Assembly: GCA_022828105.1 (NCBI GenBank)
Contig: JAJEJC010000001.1
Location: 5,918-69,917 of the forward strand
Origin: Dehalococcoidia bacterium
GTDB lineage: Bacteria > Chloroflexota > Dehalococcoidia > Bin125
DNA: 64,000 nt
Direction: 5' to 3'
Made by a program: the position numbers and the translations under genes. Shown one piece after another: positions 60,287-64,000 of the stretch. Each line of letters opens with the position of its first letter. Position 1 is the stretch's first letter. Below the pieces are notes generated by a model. That model ran no database searches, was not told where the DNA came from, and worked only from the letters and a program-made list of their open reading frames with translations.

Positions 60287-62020
60287 ATGGCGGTCGAACG
60301 AGTCATCGTCGAGAAGAACATCGATATCCCGATGCGGGACGGAATCATCCTGCGGGCAGACCTCTACCGCCCGGAAGACGCCGATCGGCCGGGACGCGCG
60401 GTGCCGGGCGTCGTGACCCGCACGCCGTACGACAAGGAGATGTCGGGCGCGGGCCTGGTCGCGGTGATGCCCAGCGCGCTCAAACTGGCCGAGCGCGGCT
60501 ACGCGGTCGTCGTCTGCGATTGCCGCGGACGCTATGCCTCGGAAGGCGACTTCAAACCGTTCCACCAGGAAGGTCCCGACGGCTACGACACGCTCGAGTG
60601 GGTCGCCGCGCAACCCTGGTGCGACGGCAACACGGCCATCTACGGCCCGTCCTATGTCGGCGCGACGACGATGCTGGCCGCGCGCGAGCGGCCGCCGTCG
60701 CTGCGCTGCGCGATACCAATCATCACCGCCGACGACTACTACGACGGTTGGACCTACCAGGGCGGCGCGTTCCAGCTTGGATTCGTGGGACTCTGGGGCA
60801 GCGGACTGGCCGCGACTGGTTACTTGCAACAAGATCACAAGCGGCCGGCCGAGGCGCAGGCGGACATGACCGAGGCAATCATGGGCAACGCCTTCCGCCT
60901 GCTCGGCAGTCGTCCGCTGAACGCAATGCCCGGCATCTCGCAGGATGGCGTCGCGCCCTACTGGCACGAGTGGCTCGAACACGAGACGCGGGACGAGTAC
61001 TGGGAATCGGTCCGGCATTCGGCCGATTACTCACGCTTCCAGGTGCCGATGCTGCACATCGGCGGCTGGTTCGACATCTTCGGGATCGGCACAGTCAGGA
61101 ATTTCCGTGGCATCACGGCTGATGGCAATCCAAAACAGCATCTGATCATGGGTCCCTGGGCGCACACCAACTACGACCGCTGGCTGGGCGAGATGGAGTT
61201 CGGTCCGACCGGCGCCGCAGCGGCGGCCAACGTGATGGCCGACATCAATAAGTTCCTCGACACGCACCTGAAGGGCAGCAAACGCGAGGTCGCCACGGTG
61301 CGCTGGTTCCTGATGGGCGCGAACGAATGGCGCACGGACGAGTCCTGGCCGCCGCCCAGCGCGGAGGAGCGGAGCTGGTACCTGGGTTCGGACGGAGGCG
61401 GCAACCTGCACTACGGCGACGGCCGCCTGACGGACGAGTGTCCCGACGACGACATGCGTTGGGACGAGTTCACCTACGTGGGTTACAAGCCGGTGATCAC
61501 CGAAGGCGGATCGACCCTGCAACAGGCGATTGGCCTGCCCGGCCCGCGCAACCAGTCCCACGCCGAGAGCCGCGATGACGTGCTCTGCTACACCACCGAA
61601 CCGCTGACGGCGCCAATCGACGTGGCCGGACCGGTCGAAGTCGACATCTGGCTCTCCAGCAGTCAACCGGACACCGACATCACGGCCAAGCTGGTCGACG
61701 TGCACCCCGACGGCAAGCCGGTCTCGCTGGTCGACGGAATCACGCGGGCCCGCTTCCGCGAGGGATTCGATCGCGAGGTCATGCTCACGCCGGGCGAGGT
61801 CGTCAAGCTGACCGTGGACCTGGCCTCGCTGGGTCACCGTTTCGATGTCGGACACCGGATCCGACTGGAAGTGTCGAGCAGCAACTACCCTCGCTTCATG
61901 GCGAACTCGAACGACGGCGGTTCGGTCAACTCGGCGACCGAGATGCAGACCGCGATCAACCGGATTCGCCGCGGCGGCGAGCATCCCTCGGCGCTGCGCA
62001 TGTACGTCCTGGAAGCCTGA
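60287..62020 (+). CDS. CocE/NonD family hydrolase (S15 X-Pro dipeptidyl-peptidase-like)
   Basis: IPMRDG..L.ADLYRP, TRTPYDK, GPSYVGATT nucleophile elbow, C-terminal beta-jelly-roll region. Confidence 0.85.
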   Translation: MAVERVIVEKNIDIPMRDGIILRADLYRPEDADRPGRAVPGVVTRTPYDKEMSGAGLVAVMPSALKLAERGYAVVVCDCRGRYASEGDFKPFHQEGPDGYDTLEWVAAQPWCDGNTAIYGPSYVGATTMLAARERPPSLRCAIPIITADDYYDGWTYQGGAFQLGFVGLWGSGLAATGYLQQDHKRPAEAQADMTEAIMGNAFRLLGSRPLNAMPGISQDGVAPYWHEWLEHETRDEYWESVRHSADYSRFQVPMLHIGGWFDIFGIGTVRNFRGITADGNPKQHLIMGPWAHTNYDRWLGEMEFGPTGAAAAANVMADINKFLDTHLKGSKREVATVRWFLMGANEWRTDESWPPPSAEERSWYLGSDGGGNLHYGDGRLTDECPDDDMRWDEFTYVGYKPVITEGGSTLQQAIGLPGPRNQSHAESRDDVLCYTTEPLTAPIDVAGPVEVDIWLSSSQPDTDITAKLVDVHPDGKPVSLVDGITRARFREGFDREVMLTPGEVVKLTVDLASLGHRFDVGHRIRLEVSSSNYPRFMANSNDGGSVNSATEMQTAINRIRRGGEHPSALRMYVLEA

Positions 62021-62043
62021 GCGAACAGAGAGAGGAACGATCG

Positions 62044-62370
62044 ATGATTTACGAACTGCGTATCTACACGGCGCATCCGGGCAAGATGGGCGCGCTGATG
62101 AAGCGCTTCCGCGACCACACGATGGAGCTGTTCGAGCGCCACGGCATCCACAACGTGGGCTACTGGATCAACTCGGTCGGCGGCCGCTCGGACGAGCTGT
62201 GGTACATCATCAGCTTTGAGAGCGCCGGCCAGCGCGACGAAGCCTGGCGCAACTTCGCCTCCGATCCCGAGTGGGTGGCCGCCCGCGCCGCATCGGAGGA
62301 AGACGGCCCGCTCGTCCATCACATCGAAAACCGAATCCTCCAACCCACCGAGTGGTCGCCGATGCCGTAG
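62044..62370 (+). CDS. NIPSNAP family protein
   Basis: MIYELRIYTAHPGKMGALMKRF... typical NIPSNAP ferredoxin-like repeat. 108 aa. Confidence 0.8.
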   Translation: MIYELRIYTAHPGKMGALMKRFRDHTMELFERHGIHNVGYWINSVGGRSDELWYIISFESAGQRDEAWRNFASDPEWVAARAASEEDGPLVHHIENRILQPTEWSPMP

Positions 62371-62438
62371 AGGCAATCAGGCGGGATCTCCGTCTGGGAA
62401 CGCCGCACTCCAGATGAGACAATGATATCCTTGGGTAA

Positions 62439-62879
62439 ATGATTCCCGAGTTCAGCGACAACGGACTCCTGCCGCCGGGGATCTACTGGGTCTCGTGGAG
62501 CGAGATGACCGAGCGGTTTAGCCACAGTCCTCGGCGCAGGAAGCTGCTGGACGGACTCTTTGCTGCGCTGCAGAGCCTGAAGATTGCCGGCTGCCAGACG
62601 CTATACATCGACGGGAGCTTCGTCACCGCCAAGGAGAATCCGAACGACTATGACGCCTGTTGGGAAGAGGCCGGTGTAGATCCCGATGTACTTGACCCCG
62701 TGCTCCTGACATTCGATGCCGGACGGACGGCGCAGAAGGACAAGTATCTCGGAGAACTGTTTCCCGTAAGCGCTGTTGCGGACTCTCAAGGCTCGTCGTT
62801 TCTGGAGTTCTTTCAGACAGACCGTGAGATGGGAAAACGCAAGGGCATCCTCGCGATCGACCTTGGGGGAATGTCATGA
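62439..62879 (+). CDS. minimal nucleotidyltransferase-fold protein (putative toxin-antitoxin component)
   Basis: DGSFVTAKENPNDYDACW matches the pol-beta NTase hG[GS]x9-13DxD motif. 146 aa. Lower GC. 4-nt ATGA overlap with the next gene. Confidence 0.6.
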   Translation: MIPEFSDNGLLPPGIYWVSWSEMTERFSHSPRRRKLLDGLFAALQSLKIAGCQTLYIDGSFVTAKENPNDYDACWEEAGVDPDVLDPVLLTFDAGRTAQKDKYLGELFPVSAVADSQGSSFLEFFQTDREMGKRKGILAIDLGGMS

Positions 62880-63322
62880 TCAAGAACGAGCGGCAGTATC
62901 GGATCTCGAAGGCTCAGGCTTCCCGATTCAGACGGACCCTGGAGGAATTGCAGCAGGGAGGAAGGGCAGCCGAGGGTCTTCATCCTCGGATCGCTCAGGC
63001 GCAGATTGATGCCGTAGCAAGTCAACTGACAGACCTGGAAGACGAAATCCAAGACTATGAGGCGCTGAGACGCGGCGAGTTCCAGGTCGGACAGTTGGTA
63101 TTGGTTGACGAGTTGGCGACGATGTTGATTAAGGCTCGAATCGCCAATCGCCTGAGCCAGAAGGATCTGGCACAACGGCTCGGCCTCAAAGAGCAGCAGA
63201 TTCAGCAGTACGAAGCCACGGATTACACGTCGGCAAGTCTGCGGAGATTGCAGGAGGTCGCCCATGCGCTCGGGGTCGAGCAGGACCGCGATTTTCAGCC
63301 ATCCGCGTCGCGCGAGCCGTAA
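62876..63322 (+). CDS. XRE-family HTH protein with N-terminal helical extension (HigA/COG5499-like antitoxin architecture)
   Basis: RLSQKDLAQRLGLKEQQIQQYE HTH_3 core. N-terminal IKNERQYRISKAQ...YEALRRGE helical region. Confidence 0.7.
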   Translation: MIKNERQYRISKAQASRFRRTLEELQQGGRAAEGLHPRIAQAQIDAVASQLTDLEDEIQDYEALRRGEFQVGQLVLVDELATMLIKARIANRLSQKDLAQRLGLKEQQIQQYEATDYTSASLRRLQEVAHALGVEQDRDFQPSASREP

Positions 63323-63355
63323 GCACGCTGAGCAGGCTCGGCGTCTTGGCGCTCT

Positions 63356-64000
63356 TCAGCCGCGATGGCGGAGTCTCGCAACCATGACCGGGGGGATCTG
63401 CGGGAGCTGATCCCAGCTCAGGCGATGAGGCGAGTCGCCGTCCCCGCCGTCGGTGATTGAGGGCTCTCGGATGCCGTCAAGCACCCAGCCTCGGTCGAAT
63501 GCGGTGCTGAAGAGCTCAGTCAGCGTGCGGTCGAAGTAGGGCTGAATCGCCGGCTGCCCTTTGACCGCGATGCCGTGGTTGACACCGGTGTTGAGGTAGT
63601 TGGTGATCTTCACACCCGACTCCTCGATGAACCGTCCGTCCTCGGTCTCCCGGCGTTCCTCGTAGAGGTGCACCTGCGGGCCGGGCCGAAAGACCGGATG
63701 CAGCACCGAGAACACAAACGGTGCGCCTTCCGAGAGCGCAAGCGGGAGCATGTCGAAGAGCGGCGAGATCTCGGCGATGTCCATCAGCGCCATGTTGCAG
63801 ACCACAGCGCCGAATGGCGCGCCCGATGCGCCGGAGAGCGCGGCCAGCGCGCTGCGGTCGGTCGCGTCGAGTCGGATCCAACGGATGTTGTGCCCGTCGG
63901 AACGCTCCCTGGCCTGTTCGAGCTGCGCGTCCGAACCGTCGCTGGCCGTAACGGCGACGCCGAGTCTCGCCAACTGGCGCGCGAAGTTGCCGTTGCCGCA
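63356..64000 (-). CDS. class I SAM-dependent methyltransferase (partial, N-terminus beyond window end)
   Basis: Frame open to position 64000. CGNGNFARQLARLGVAVTASD is SAM motif I with the acidic post-I residue. Stop at 63356. Confidence 0.75.
   Translation of the reverse strand, partial: CGNGNFARQLARLGVAVTASDGSDAQLEQARERSDGHNIRWIRLDATDRSALAALSGASGAPFGAVVCNMALMDIAEISPLFDMLPLALSEGAPFVFSVLHPVFRPGPQVHLYEERRETEDGRFIEESGVKITNYLNTGVNHGIAVKGQPAIQPYFDRTLTELFSTAFDRGWVLDGIREPSITDGGDGDSPHRLSWDQLPQIPPVMVARLRHRG

Overview
High-GC bacterial chromosomal segment (phylum not assignable from this window alone) with about 60 protein genes and one tRNA. All calls rest on reading the six-frame track and the DNA by eye. 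No searches were run, and start codons are best guesses. Most of the window is ordinary housekeeping or metabolism: SDR, dienelactone hydrolase, peptide-type ABC binding lipoprotein, acyl-CoA dehydrogenase, CoA-transferases, an amidase/ThDP-enzyme operon, rph, serA plus a class V aminotransferase, selA, mutS2, rarA, Nudix CoA pyrophosphatase, crotonase, M16 peptidase, a Baeyer-Villiger monooxygenase, glpK/glpD, a Cu-type P-type ATPase, MFS, a deacetylase, a CocE/NonD hydrolase and NIPSNAP. Several compositionally atypical islets interrupt this background. (1) My best candidate for an undescribed system is a two-gene module at 39.4-43.5 kb. It pairs a single-chain PD-(D/E)xK + N6-adenine methyltransferase + TRD protein with an unassigned partner that carries a second PD-(D/E)xK-like core. 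Inverted REP-like hairpins flank it, and it lies next to an Anbu proteasome-like operon. (2) A radical SAM gene at 58.2-59.6 kb reads through an in-frame TGA to give the CUAEP selenocysteine tail. A SECIS-like hairpin lies 11 nt downstream, and selA is in the same window. (3) A 1.36-kb low-GC islet with a lone Swt1-like HEPN gene is bounded by perfect 23-bp direct repeats that duplicate the 3' end of the dienelactone hydrolase gene. (4) A MITE/REP-like palindromic element is translated in frame as the linker that fuses two family III CoA-transferase units. (5) A minimal nucleotidyltransferase-fold gene overlaps an XRE-HTH gene in a toxin-antitoxin-like pair at 62.4-63.3 kb. Smaller oddities are a histidine kinase fused to an OmpR-type response regulator, glpK without a canonical start codon, and an ATP-grasp/membrane protein/mini-ORF cluster. 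Many long antisense ORFs in the track are high-GC artefacts and were rejected.
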